Assembly (NCBI GenBank): GCA_044326545.1
Contig: JBIRBM010000005.1
Span: 13,457-77,456, forward strand
Source of the DNA: Parachlamydiaceae bacterium
Lineage (GTDB): Bacteria > Chlamydiota > Chlamydiia > Chlamydiales > Parachlamydiaceae
Length of the DNA: 64,000 bases
Direction: 5' to 3'
Shown here piece after piece: positions 35,347-44,297 of this stretch. The translations under genes and the position numbers were made by a program. Each line of letters opens with the position of its first letter. The first letter of the stretch is position 1. The notes beneath the pieces are model-generated. The model was not told the origin of the DNA. It worked only from the letters and a program-made list of their open reading frames with translations, and did not search any database.

Positions 35347-36885
35347 ATGCACGAAATTTTACTTAATATTGAATCTAAAGAAATGCGCTATGCTCTTTTA
35401 AAGAATGGCGAGCTGTGCGACCTCATTATTGAACGCAAAAAAGAAAGGCAGTTAACAGGTAACATATACCGAGGAAAAGTCAAAAATATTCTCCACAATA
35501 TCCAGTCGGCTTTTATTGATATCAGTGAGGGAGAAAATGGATTTATCCATATTTCAGACATTATTGAAAACACCAAAAAGTTTGAACAATTATTTGAAAT
35601 GGACTTTGATCTCAATTATGAAATCAAAGCTGTCAATGGTAAAGAACAGCAAAATGTGGCCATTGAGCAAATCATGAAACCTGATCAGCCTGTGCTCGTT
35701 CAAGTTGTAAAAGAGCCAATTGGGTCAAAAGGGGCTCGCCTCACTTCTAACGTTTCCATTGCAGGGCGCTATCTGGTTTTACTTCCCAATTCATCCCACA
35801 GGGGTGTGTCGCGCAAAATTGAAGATCGCACTGCAAGGGAGCGTCTCAAAAGACTGATTCGCGCGTTTGAAATGCCGCAAGATATGGGATTGATTTGCCG
35901 AACTGCCAGTGCCACTGCCACAGCGGAAATGTTGATTGGAGAAGCTCATGATCTTTTGAATAATTGGCAAAATATCATGGAAAATTTTCAGAAAGCATCA
36001 GAGCCAACCCTTTTATACGCAGAATCTGATTTGATCAAACGCGCTGTTTTGACCGCCATCGATAAACATTATGATCGGATTTTAGTTGATGACTACGCAA
36101 CTTATCAAACGTGCAAGCGTCTGTATAGTCGCTATGCAGGGGAGCACCCTTTACGAATTGAATACTATCGTGATAAAACGCCGATGTTCGAGCGTTTCAA
36201 TGTTGAGAGGGAAATCGATAAAACACTACGCCGAAAAATTTGGCTTCCAAGCGGAGGTTATCTTTTCTTTGATCGAACAGAAGCGATGTATACAATTGAT
36301 GTCAACTCGGGAAGAAGTAATACAAATAAAACGGATGTAGAAGAATCTTTGTTGCGGATCAATATAGAAGCTGCTGAGGAGATAGCCAGACAGCTTCGTT
36401 TACGCAATATTGGTGGATTAATTATTTGCGATTTTATTGATATGCGTTTGCGCAAAAATCAACGGCGCCTGCTTGAACGTTTAAAAGACTGTATGAAGGA
36501 AGATTCCGCTAAATGTACGATACTGGGAATGAGCGAATTTGGTCTTGTTGAAATGACCAGGCAGCGTAATCGAGGCTCTTTAATGCAAACGATTTTTACT
36601 TTTTGTCCTTATTGTTCAGGTAGCGGAATGGTAAAATCAAATGAAAGTGTTTCAATTGAAATTGAGAGAGCGTTAAAGAAAATTATTGCATCTCAGGAGC
36701 AATTTTCAATCAAATTGGTGACCCATCCTCAAGTTGATCAATACTTAAACGTGGTCGATAAGCCTTATTTTCTTAAATTAGTGAGTGAACATAATGCTCA
36801 TTTAAGTTTTCAGACCGATGATTGCTTGCATCTTAACGAATGGTATTATTATTCCACCGTGACGAATAAGCGCATTGAGGTCTAA
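35347..36885 (+). CDS. rng: Ribonuclease E/G family endoribonuclease
   Basis: N-terminal S1 domain (GNIYRGKVKNILHNIQSAFIDISEGENGFIHISD), TIDVNSG DNase-I-like site, NIGGLIICDFIDM. Confidence 0.88.
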   Translation: MHEILLNIESKEMRYALLKNGELCDLIIERKKERQLTGNIYRGKVKNILHNIQSAFIDISEGENGFIHISDIIENTKKFEQLFEMDFDLNYEIKAVNGKEQQNVAIEQIMKPDQPVLVQVVKEPIGSKGARLTSNVSIAGRYLVLLPNSSHRGVSRKIEDRTARERLKRLIRAFEMPQDMGLICRTASATATAEMLIGEAHDLLNNWQNIMENFQKASEPTLLYAESDLIKRAVLTAIDKHYDRILVDDYATYQTCKRLYSRYAGEHPLRIEYYRDKTPMFERFNVEREIDKTLRRKIWLPSGGYLFFDRTEAMYTIDVNSGRSNTNKTDVEESLLRINIEAAEEIARQLRLRNIGGLIICDFIDMRLRKNQRRLLERLKDCMKEDSAKCTILGMSEFGLVEMTRQRNRGSLMQTIFTFCPYCSGSGMVKSNESVSIEIERALKKIIASQEQFSIKLVTHPQVDQYLNVVDKPYFLKLVSEHNAHLSFQTDDCLHLNEWYYYSTVTNKRIEV

Positions 36886-37882
36886 TGTGAGTGACTTGCT
36901 TTTGCAGTTAAATCGCTATTTAGAAAATGGGAGAATCGATGCAAAGCTTTTTCATGTCATGGAGAGCTTTTATGAAAGCTATTTGATTGCTTTGGCCCAT
37001 TTGCCTTCTCGTGAAAAGTGTCAAGAAATGTTTAAGATTCTCATGGAGCTTGTTGTCGAGCAAGTGCGCCACCCCTATCAATTTTCTGTTTTTCATCGAA
37101 GTCTTAGAGTCCCTTTTGATTATTATCAATTTGGCCTTGATTTCATTCGTCCTTTTGTTGATTTTAATCGCTCTCAAATTTTTGGATTGGATCAACTTGA
37201 ATTGATTCGGGGGCAGCTCAAAAGAGGCGATAATGTGATTTTACTTTCCAACCATCAAACAGAGCCCGATCCTCAAATCATCAGTTTATTATTAGAAAAA
37301 AGCGATCCGGAATTAGCAAGAGAGATGATTTTTGTTGCGGGGCATCGCGTGACAACCGATCCTTTGGCTATTCCCATGAGTTTAGGACGAAATCTTCTTT
37401 GCATTTATTCGAAGAAGCATGTCTCTTATTCTCCTGATAAAAAAGAAGAAAAAATTTTACATAATCAGCGCACTCTTAAGCAAATGCAAGAGCTATTGAA
37501 TCAGGGAGGATATTGCATTTATGTTGCTCCAAGCGGAGGAAGGGATCGCCGAGATCTTGTAACCGGAGATGTTCAAGTGGCACCTTTTGACCCTCAAAGC
37601 ATTGAACTTTTTTGGCTTTTGGGGAGGCAGGCAAAGCATCCGGTTCATTTTTATCCTTTAGCTCTACGAACCTATGATTTAATGCCTCCTCCAAAGCTTG
37701 TCGAAAAAGATTTAGGAGAGAGGCGGCTGATTAATTTCACCCCTGTCTATCTTGCTTTTTGCGATGAAGTACAGATGAAAAACTTTGCGGGAAGCGAAGG
37801 GTTAGATAAAAAATCAAAGCAAAATAAGCGTGCTGAATATATTTGGAAGCAGGTGTGTAAGAAATATGACGCTTTTCCTTAA
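36875..37882 (+). CDS. plsE: Soluble glycerol-3-phosphate 1-O-acyltransferase, plant plastid (ATS1)-like
   Basis: HX4D block LLSNHQTEPDPQ, VAGHRV and YVAPSGGRDR, as in plastid GPAT and the chlamydial PlsE. The TTG at 36875 overlaps the rng stop; GTG 36887 is the alternative start. Confidence 0.8.
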   Translation: MRSNVSDLLLQLNRYLENGRIDAKLFHVMESFYESYLIALAHLPSREKCQEMFKILMELVVEQVRHPYQFSVFHRSLRVPFDYYQFGLDFIRPFVDFNRSQIFGLDQLELIRGQLKRGDNVILLSNHQTEPDPQIISLLLEKSDPELAREMIFVAGHRVTTDPLAIPMSLGRNLLCIYSKKHVSYSPDKKEEKILHNQRTLKQMQELLNQGGYCIYVAPSGGRDRRDLVTGDVQVAPFDPQSIELFWLLGRQAKHPVHFYPLALRTYDLMPPPKLVEKDLGERRLINFTPVYLAFCDEVQMKNFAGSEGLDKKSKQNKRAEYIWKQVCKKYDAFP

Positions 37883-37947
37883 ATATATTGAACATTTTTT
37901 TTCTTATTGGTATACAAAAAAAAGTAACCTAAATTTGGAGATAGCTT

Positions 37948-38331
37948 ATGAAAATATTGACAGCTTTAACATCTTGTTTGTTGATCCCTCTATCTAGCTT
38001 GTTTGCAAGTGTATCCGGAACGTATCATGTCCATGGAGGAAATCCTTCAGAGGGAACGTCTTATACGGGAGTCCTTGTCATTGAAAAAGACGATGAAATC
38101 TTCCATGCTACTTGGCAACTAAGCGATGGCTCAAGTACAGGAATTGGTGTTAAAAAAGATGATCATCTGGCGATCAATTTTCTGGGGGTCGATGCTAATA
38201 ATGAACCAATTTTGGGAGTTCAACTTTACAAGATTTATGAACATGGTTTAGAAGGTCCTTGGGCTATCAGTGGTCAAACCACGAAAGGCGTTGAGATAGC
38301 AAAAAAAGAAAAATCATCAAGTTGCCGATAA
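37948..38331 (+). CDS. Small secreted hypothetical protein
   Basis: Signal-peptide-like MKILTALTSCLLIPLSSLFASVSG. RBS GGAGA upstream. No family recognised. Confidence 0.5.
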   Translation: MKILTALTSCLLIPLSSLFASVSGTYHVHGGNPSEGTSYTGVLVIEKDDEIFHATWQLSDGSSTGIGVKKDDHLAINFLGVDANNEPILGVQLYKIYEHGLEGPWAISGQTTKGVEIAKKEKSSSCR

Positions 38332-38361
38332 ATCGATTTTTTATCCCCCATTTCGTTAATC

Positions 38362-38394
38362 ACTCACCTAACGCTCCTGGGGCGTAAGGTGAGT
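38362..38394. repeat. Family A mini-hairpin (A7)
   Basis: ACTCACCTAACGCTCCTGGGGCGTAAGGTGAGT. Confidence 0.7.
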
Positions 38395-38555
38395 TAATCC
38401 ACCTGTTCCATATCTCCGATATGGATGCTTTCCTGCTACACATGCGCGATACACTCACACAATTTTTCTCCGATAGTCTTTAATATTTCGGAGAATGTTG
38501 CGAGTCTATCTCGCATTTTTCCAAGCAAATCGAATCATCCAAGAGGAGAGGGCCA

Positions 38556-38954
38556 ATGTTTATCAGGACATTGTTTTATTTTGCAGTCTTGATGTCATCC
38601 ATGGCTTTACCGCTTCACATATCGGGAATGCCCCGTGGTGAACAGGGTGAGTCCTTATTACCACCAAGTGAAGGCGGAACCTCCTGTGACAATTATAGAA
38701 AGGGATTGTCGGGGACCACAAGCGTTGCATTTGGAAATACGGTAGTTATCCCTCTATCGGTCTCTGATACGGTGATTCAAGTGAATGCAGCGGCTCATGT
38801 TCCTCAAACTGTTTTTGTGACTGTCAATCCCGCGACTGAAACGTCGGCTAGTTCGCCCGATTCCTATTGTGTTTATCAAGGAAACTGGACGGTTGCGGGT
38901 TCCCAGTTTTCCGGCACCTTATGCTTCGTAGATCTCTCTTCCCAAGCGGTGTAA
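38556..38954 (+). pseudogene. Truncated, frame-disrupted paralogue of the N terminus of the 59566-61644 IPT/beta-propeller protein
   Basis: The signal peptide and residues about 55-130 align with the large protein (GFGNSIVTPLSVSNSEIQV.. vs AFGNTVVIPLSVSDTVIQV..; SPDSYFVYQGN vs SPDSYCVYQGN). The segment 38633-38740 matches only in another frame (PVVNRVSPYY vs PVIKSVSPYF). The ORF stops after 132 aa. Confidence 0.5.
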
Positions 38955-39000
38955 GAAACACAAAAAACCCCATGGGATTGAACGGAGATAAGACTTGCTC

Positions 39001-39027
39001 TTAGAACCTGTTTAAAACAGGTTCTAA
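39001..39027. repeat. Family B minimal hairpin (B10, 27 bp)
   Basis: TTAGAACCTGTTTAAAACAGGTTCTAA. Contains the stop codon of the DUF374 gene. Confidence 0.8.
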
Positions 39028-39680
39028 GATAATTTTTCTTTAAGGATTCTTTTTACCTCTTCGATCTCAAGAGGAGGGGACTGGTCAAAATGGATGGGAG
39101 GGCCAAATGTCACATGTAGGGTCGAAAAAGGCTTGGGGAGACGGAGTTTGTCCCACGTGTTGAATTCCCAAAAATGATTGGCTTCCCAATTCACAGGAAT
39201 AATATAGGCTTGCGTTTCTAAGGCTGCAACAGCTATTCCCGGTTTGATGTTATAGCATGGGCCTCGCGGACCGTCGGGAGTAATGACAACCACTTGTTTA
39301 TGTTTTTTAATCCGATGAATGACTGTTTTTAGAGCTTGATGGCGTCCGTCATGAGGCACTCTGATTGTATGCCCATTTTTATGCGATTCGATGATGTTGC
39401 TTAAAATATCTCCATCGCGACTGGCGCTGACAAGGGCTGTGTAGCGATTTTTAGGGGCAAATGTTGAGAGAATAAAGAGCATGGGAGTCATGCGATTATG
39501 CCAGAGCATGAGAATACATCTCTGTTTTCCGGCAAGTTCAAGAAACCGATGCAATCCTTCAATTTTGATACGACAGGTTTTCATCAAAAGATGCAAGAGG
39601 CAGTGGACGACCTTTGCAATCAAAAATGAACGAATTTTAAATAGTTTTTTTTTCCAGTCGCCTACGAACCCCTTTAACAT
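39024..39680 (-). CDS. DUF374 / lysophospholipid acyltransferase-like protein
   Basis: SASRDGDILSN and VITPDGPRGP blocks are typical of DUF374. Overlaps lpxB by 7 nt. Its stop codon sits inside hairpin B10. Confidence 0.75.
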   Translation of the reverse strand: MLKGFVGDWKKKLFKIRSFLIAKVVHCLLHLLMKTCRIKIEGLHRFLELAGKQRCILMLWHNRMTPMLFILSTFAPKNRYTALVSASRDGDILSNIIESHKNGHTIRVPHDGRHQALKTVIHRIKKHKQVVVITPDGPRGPCYNIKPGIAVAALETQAYIIPVNWEANHFWEFNTWDKLRLPKPFSTLHVTFGPPIHFDQSPPLEIEEVKRILKEKLS

Positions 39681-40834
39681 GTCATTAATTCCTTGATTGC
39701 ATTTGCGGCATTCTTGTGAGGAGAATCACACCCTAGCTCTTCTTTCAAGCCCTCGCAGGTTCTTTGAATCTTCTGATAATGAATGGGATCAATCAGAATC
39801 TCTTCGATTGCCTCCCTAATTTTTTCCTTTGATAACTTTTTTCCGATAAATTCAGGAAAAATTCGCTGATTGCTCAAAATATTGACAATGCAGTAGTGAG
39901 GTAAATTCAATTTTAGGATGTATTTAGCGAAGACATAATTTAGATGAGAGAGTTCGTAGATGACGACTGTTGGAATATTGTGAAGAGCAAGCTCTAAAGT
40001 CACCGTTCCTGATTTTGCTAACGCCGTTTTGCAATGATTCATTAAATCGTAATGATCGTGCGAAGAGATGACGTGAATATCTCGATTAAGTTGCAATTCT
40101 CCTTTTCGGATCATGTTCAAAATAGGTTCATGCAACGATTGCTGTGCGTAAGGAAGGACGAAATGAAGATGTGGGTGGCGTTGTTTTAATTGGGAAGCAA
40201 TCTTTAACTGCAAGCCTAAATGTCTTTCAATTTCTCCTAATCGGCTTCCTGGAAAAAGAGCGATGAGATCTCGATCAGGCGGTAGACCCATTTTAGAGAT
40301 CCAATCTCGTTGATAATCATGAGTGTGAATTGTTTCTGTTAAAGGATTGCCGATGTATTCAACCTTTAAGGGGGAATTTTTAAAATAATCGATTTCAAAA
40401 GGGAAAATTGTGAGGAGGAGATCATAATTATCGGCTAAAACCTCTATCCGTTTTTTTCCGTGTGCCCATACTGTAGGGCAAATGTATTGAACAATTTTTC
40501 CAGTGTACTTTTTTTTTCGTAAAGACTGAGCTAAGCGTAAATTAAAACCCGGATAGTCAATCAAAATAATGCAATCGGGCTGGGTTTTTAAGATAACATT
40601 TCGAATGTGATAAAAAAGGGTATAGAGGCGGGGTAAAGCTAGGCAAACATCGGAAAACCCCATCACCTGAAATTCTTCCATGTCCAGGACGCATTGAAAT
40701 TTTTCTTGGCGCATGCGAGGTCCTCCGACTCCATGAATTGAGGCATTATTCAACTGCTCATTCAAGGTGCGGATTAAGCGACTTCCATGTAAATCGCCAC
40801 TGGGCTCTCCGGCGAAAATAAAGTAATGCGTCAT
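39674..40834 (-). CDS. lpxB: Lipid-A-disaccharide synthase
   Basis: IFAGEPSGDLHGSRL N terminus, IDYPGFNLRLA, KSGTVTLELAL. Confidence 0.9.
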   Translation of the reverse strand: MTHYFIFAGEPSGDLHGSRLIRTLNEQLNNASIHGVGGPRMRQEKFQCVLDMEEFQVMGFSDVCLALPRLYTLFYHIRNVILKTQPDCIILIDYPGFNLRLAQSLRKKKYTGKIVQYICPTVWAHGKKRIEVLADNYDLLLTIFPFEIDYFKNSPLKVEYIGNPLTETIHTHDYQRDWISKMGLPPDRDLIALFPGSRLGEIERHLGLQLKIASQLKQRHPHLHFVLPYAQQSLHEPILNMIRKGELQLNRDIHVISSHDHYDLMNHCKTALAKSGTVTLELALHNIPTVVIYELSHLNYVFAKYILKLNLPHYCIVNILSNQRIFPEFIGKKLSKEKIREAIEEILIDPIHYQKIQRTCEGLKEELGCDSPHKNAANAIKELMTC

Positions 40835-41517
40835 GTTTCTCTTTGTCCAGATTTTATTTTAGATTGGAGCATGAGATTGCGAACATAAGGAATAAATCCA
40901 AAGAGAGGGCCTATGAGATTGACTGTATCATGAATGCGAAGAAAATAGGCAATCGATAGGATAGCTCCAATTAAGCTTAACCACCAAAAACAGGGAGGGA
41001 AATAGCTTGTGTGGGCTTTTTCTGCAAACCACCATTGAACCCAAAAACGACTGGAAAAGAGGAGAAAGGCTGTGCCTCCCAAGAAATGCCAAAAGAGAGG
41101 GGCTAAAGGAGCGGAGCTTGATTGCCAAGGAGCTGTCGGGATCCGAAACCAATCGAATTCTCTCATTAACACAACATCTTGAACTGCAAATGCTAATGTA
41201 ATGAAAAAAGCTGAGCACATTAAGAGAAGGCATACAGACTGAAGAGAGAGCGTTGGCTTCTGTTCTTGCATAAGATTTAAATTGCGCCAAGAAATCACAG
41301 CGTTGAATCCTTGAACAATGCAGACATGAAACTGCACTTGAATAAAGCTGTGGATAAGCAATAACATGTTGCCAATCAACGAAATTTGCCAAAAAGATTT
41401 TGGCACCACACTTTTGTGTGCTTTTTCACTTTGGAGCCATTGAATAATAAACCGAGCTCCAAAGGCCAAAGAGGATAGAAAGCCAAGGGGGTAAAGAAAT
41501 GAGCGCCATTCGTCCAT
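40831..41517 (-). CDS. Membrane protein with two lipid-A-biosynthesis N-terminal (LAB_N) domains
   Basis: Internal duplication: GARFIIQWLQSEKAHKSVVPKSFWQISLIGNMLLL and SSRFWVQWWFAEKAHTSYFPPCFWWLSLIGAILSI. 4-nt overlap with lpxB. Confidence 0.75.
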   Translation of the reverse strand: MDEWRSFLYPLGFLSSLAFGARFIIQWLQSEKAHKSVVPKSFWQISLIGNMLLLIHSFIQVQFHVCIVQGFNAVISWRNLNLMQEQKPTLSLQSVCLLLMCSAFFITLAFAVQDVVLMREFDWFRIPTAPWQSSSAPLAPLFWHFLGGTAFLLFSSRFWVQWWFAEKAHTSYFPPCFWWLSLIGAILSIAYFLRIHDTVNLIGPLFGFIPYVRNLMLQSKIKSGQRET

Positions 41518-41639
41518 GATGAAGTCTGCCTTAGCACTTTTTAGACTCTTTTTTCCTTTTCTTTAGGTCTTTGGGGTTGCGATTTCCGATCCCGACGCTT
41601 TTGAAAAAGCCCAAACATTAAAAAAAGGAAGGAAGAGTC

Positions 41640-42365
41640 TTATTTATTTAAAAGAGTTTCGGATTCGATTTGATAATTTAAATGTCTTTTTCTCATCCAT
41701 CTGACAGCGAATAAATCAGCCACTGTGTTGAATGATCTGTTAAAGAAATGATAATTGCTTTTTCCTCTCAACCTTTCGCGATGATTGACAGGCAGTTGTT
41801 TGATTCTGAATCCCTCAATTTTAAAAAGAGCCGGAAGAAAGCGGTGCATACCGTGATACATTTTAATCTTTTGAAGACATTCTTTTCGATAAATTTTTAA
41901 AGAACATCCAGTGTCTTCGACGCCATCATCGCATAGACGGCTGCGGACAGCATTGGCCAATCGAGATGTCAAGCGTTTAATCAAAGAATCTTTACGTTTC
42001 GTCCGAATTCCACAGACTAAATCGCATTCGTTAATGAGAGTAAGAAGCTTGGGGATGTCTTGAGGGTCATTTTGACCATCTCCATCAAGTGTGATAACAA
42101 ATGTTCCTTTCGCAGCTTTGAATCCAGCGTCAAAGGCACTTGATTGTCCGAAATTTTTTGTGAAAAAAATAGGATGAAGATAGGGTTTTTGACCGCTTAA
42201 TTTTTTTAACATGTCATGCGTTCCATCTGTCGATCCGTCGTCTATACAGATGAGCTCCCAAGGGCGCCCGAGATTTTCCATAACAGGTTCGAGTTCGTTG
42301 ATAAGATCAAGAATGTTGCTTTCCTCATTTTTTAAAGGGATAACCACTGAATATAGACAATGCAC
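41640..42365 (-). CDS. Family 2 glycosyltransferase (polyprenyl-phosphate sugar transferase-like)
   Basis: VVIPLKNEE, IDDGSTDGT and LDGDGQNDP (DxD) motifs. Confidence 0.85.
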   Translation of the reverse strand: MHCLYSVVIPLKNEESNILDLINELEPVMENLGRPWELICIDDGSTDGTHDMLKKLSGQKPYLHPIFFTKNFGQSSAFDAGFKAAKGTFVITLDGDGQNDPQDIPKLLTLINECDLVCGIRTKRKDSLIKRLTSRLANAVRSRLCDDGVEDTGCSLKIYRKECLQKIKMYHGMHRFLPALFKIEGFRIKQLPVNHRERLRGKSNYHFFNRSFNTVADLFAVRWMRKRHLNYQIESETLLNK

Positions 42366-42433
42366 AATTTTCTCCTGAATGTTTCCCCTGGATGATGAAA
42401 GGAATAAGGGGGATTAAATATTGTTGATTAAAT

Positions 42434-42539
42434 ACTCACCTTACGCAGCGGGAGTGCTAGTTGGACTTCAAGTGAAAGCTGTCAAGACGCAGAGCTTTTG
42501 CTTGAATCTCATATAGCGTTCTTCGTCTGTAAGGTGAGT
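42434..42539. repeat. Family A repeat, long form (A8)
   Basis: ACTCACCTTACGCAGCGGGAGTGCTAGTTGG...(about 60 bp)...CGTCTGTAAGGTGAGT. Confidence 0.7.
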
Positions 42540-42572
42540 GAAAGAGGAGATCCTTTGGTAGGGACGAGCAGG

Positions 42573-43847
42573 TTATGGTGAGGTTGAGGCACGGCGATGT
42601 TCTCGTTTGTGATTGTGATGCCTTGGGGAAAGATGGTGTTTTCGCTCTGTGTGATGGGTCATTTCACGATATTGGTTACGGATCGAAGTGTAAATGTCAA
42701 CGTATTTTTCATCGACGAGTGCTCTTAATTTTAAAAATTTGAGAGCTAAATCAAAATCTTTATAGCGCATGAGCTTTTCTCGATAATGACGTTTGCCTGC
42801 AAGGGGGGTAATGCGATATTGTGCAACTAAAATTGACGTGACTGTCGAGCTAATGCGTCTGGGAAAGTGGGAAAAAGCATCAATGAGGTGATCCTTAATC
42901 AGGGTTGAAGCGATGAGTGTAATGTCCCCAATATGGGGCGGGTGATTTCGCTTGAGGCATTGATGCTTGAGCTCCTCTTCCAGGAGAGGGTAAATTAAGC
43001 AGCAGGTGAGAACGGCACGATCTAAGAGATTTTTTTCTTTATATTTATGCTGATGAACTTGATCCGCACAAGTCAAGTAATGGAAAATCATTTTACCTTG
43101 AGTTGTATGCAATGCTCGCATTAAACTTGGAAAAAGGATGGATAAAAAATTGTATTCTGCAAGCAGCCGGAAAAAAGGAGCAGAGGCTCCTGATTCTAGC
43201 ATTCTGAAGATCTCTTCTAAGACGCGAGCCGGAGAGCTTTTGATAATTTCTTTGCGGCAGGTGTGGATTGCCGCTTCTGTCGCAGGATCTACGTGAAAGT
43301 TAAAGCGCGCTCTAAATTTTAGAAGTCTTAATAAACGGACTGGATCCTGTTTGAATCGAATTTCCGGGTCTCCAATAATGCGTAAAGTGTGTTTTTGAAT
43401 ATCTTCCCACCCTCCGACAAAGTCAATGATTGAATGGTTGGAGGGATCGTAGAAAAGACCGTTAATTGTAAAATCACGGCGGAGGACATCTTGTTCAGGA
43501 GTTCCCCATTCATTATCATGCACAATCAAATCACTGTCATTTTCACCTGTGCGAAAAGTCGACACTTCAATAATTTTATGTCCAAAACGAATGTGGGCAA
43601 GTCGAAATCGTCTTCCGATCAGAATGCATTGACGTTGGAAAATGGCTTTAATTTGTTCAGGACGAGCAGAGGTCGAAATATCGAAGTCTTTAGGTTTTTT
43701 TTTGATGAGCAGATCTCGGACACTCCCTCCCACTAAATAGGCTGTAAATCCTGCATGTCGCAGTCTTTCGAGGATATATAGAGCGTCACTATCAATCATT
43801 GAGGGGTCAAGGCAGTGTTCTTTAGCAAAATAGATCTTTGGTTGCAC
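42573..43847 (-). CDS. pcnB: Poly(A) polymerase / tRNA nucleotidyltransferase family protein
   Basis: GGSVRDLLIKKKPKDFDIST, RRDFTINGLFYD, and a basic His/Arg-rich C-terminal tail. PcnB versus CCA-adding enzyme is not resolved by eye. Confidence 0.75.
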   Translation of the reverse strand: MQPKIYFAKEHCLDPSMIDSDALYILERLRHAGFTAYLVGGSVRDLLIKKKPKDFDISTSARPEQIKAIFQRQCILIGRRFRLAHIRFGHKIIEVSTFRTGENDSDLIVHDNEWGTPEQDVLRRDFTINGLFYDPSNHSIIDFVGGWEDIQKHTLRIIGDPEIRFKQDPVRLLRLLKFRARFNFHVDPATEAAIHTCRKEIIKSSPARVLEEIFRMLESGASAPFFRLLAEYNFLSILFPSLMRALHTTQGKMIFHYLTCADQVHQHKYKEKNLLDRAVLTCCLIYPLLEEELKHQCLKRNHPPHIGDITLIASTLIKDHLIDAFSHFPRRISSTVTSILVAQYRITPLAGKRHYREKLMRYKDFDLALKFLKLRALVDEKYVDIYTSIRNQYREMTHHTERKHHLSPRHHNHKREHRRASTSP

Positions 43848-44081
43848 GAAATGTTAGCTCCTAGAAATTGACGATATAGAAGGGGTTGAAGGATATAGGG
43901 AGAACTTGTCTAGTATGAATCAGTTTAAGTACTCTGATTTAAGGTTTTATTTATTAGTTTGTTGGATGATATTTTAATCAGAAAAATAGTCGATTTTGAT
44001 GAAAAAGTCAATGTTTTATTTTTCTTTTCCATCACTATTGAGATCAGCCATTTTACAAGTTTTCCAATCGGCGGCTTTGGT

Positions 44082-44197
44082 TTAACAACTCGTTCAGAAT
44101 CTTGGATGACGATCCTTGGCTGCCATAAATCCGCGATAAACTCACAAAAAATTTTCGCAATATTAAAAACACCCCGTGCGTAAGCTGAGTTCTTAAA
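44082..44197. mobile_element. Family B/A mosaic element (B11)
   Basis: TTAACAACTCGTTCAGAATCTTGGATGACGATCCTTGGCTGCCATAAATCCGCGATAAACTCACAAAAAATTTTCGCAATATTAAAAACACCCCGTGCGTAAGCTGAGTTCTTAA. B left arm with an A-type right arm. Confidence 0.65.
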
Positions 44198-44297
44198 CAT
44201 TAAAAGCATCCGTTTTATAATTTACTTGATTTAGGGAGCAAAAATCGTTATTTTTTAAGGGTTCGTTTAATCTTTTAGTCGGCACGGAGTGAATCAC

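Noticed and set aside
38556-38954. The short IPT-like copy and the 59566 gene as a diversity-generating retroelement template/variable repeat pair.
   Set aside because: DNA identity is low and the differences are not adenine-specific. No reverse transcriptase gene is nearby.
40928-41392. 154-aa ORF in another frame inside the LAB_N gene. Similar nested or antisense ORFs occur at 13575-13832, 28814-29227, 33718-33912, 30230-30547 and 55424-55753.
   Set aside because: Each lies wholly inside a gene with clear family motifs, has odd composition and has no RBS. They are treated as shadow ORFs.
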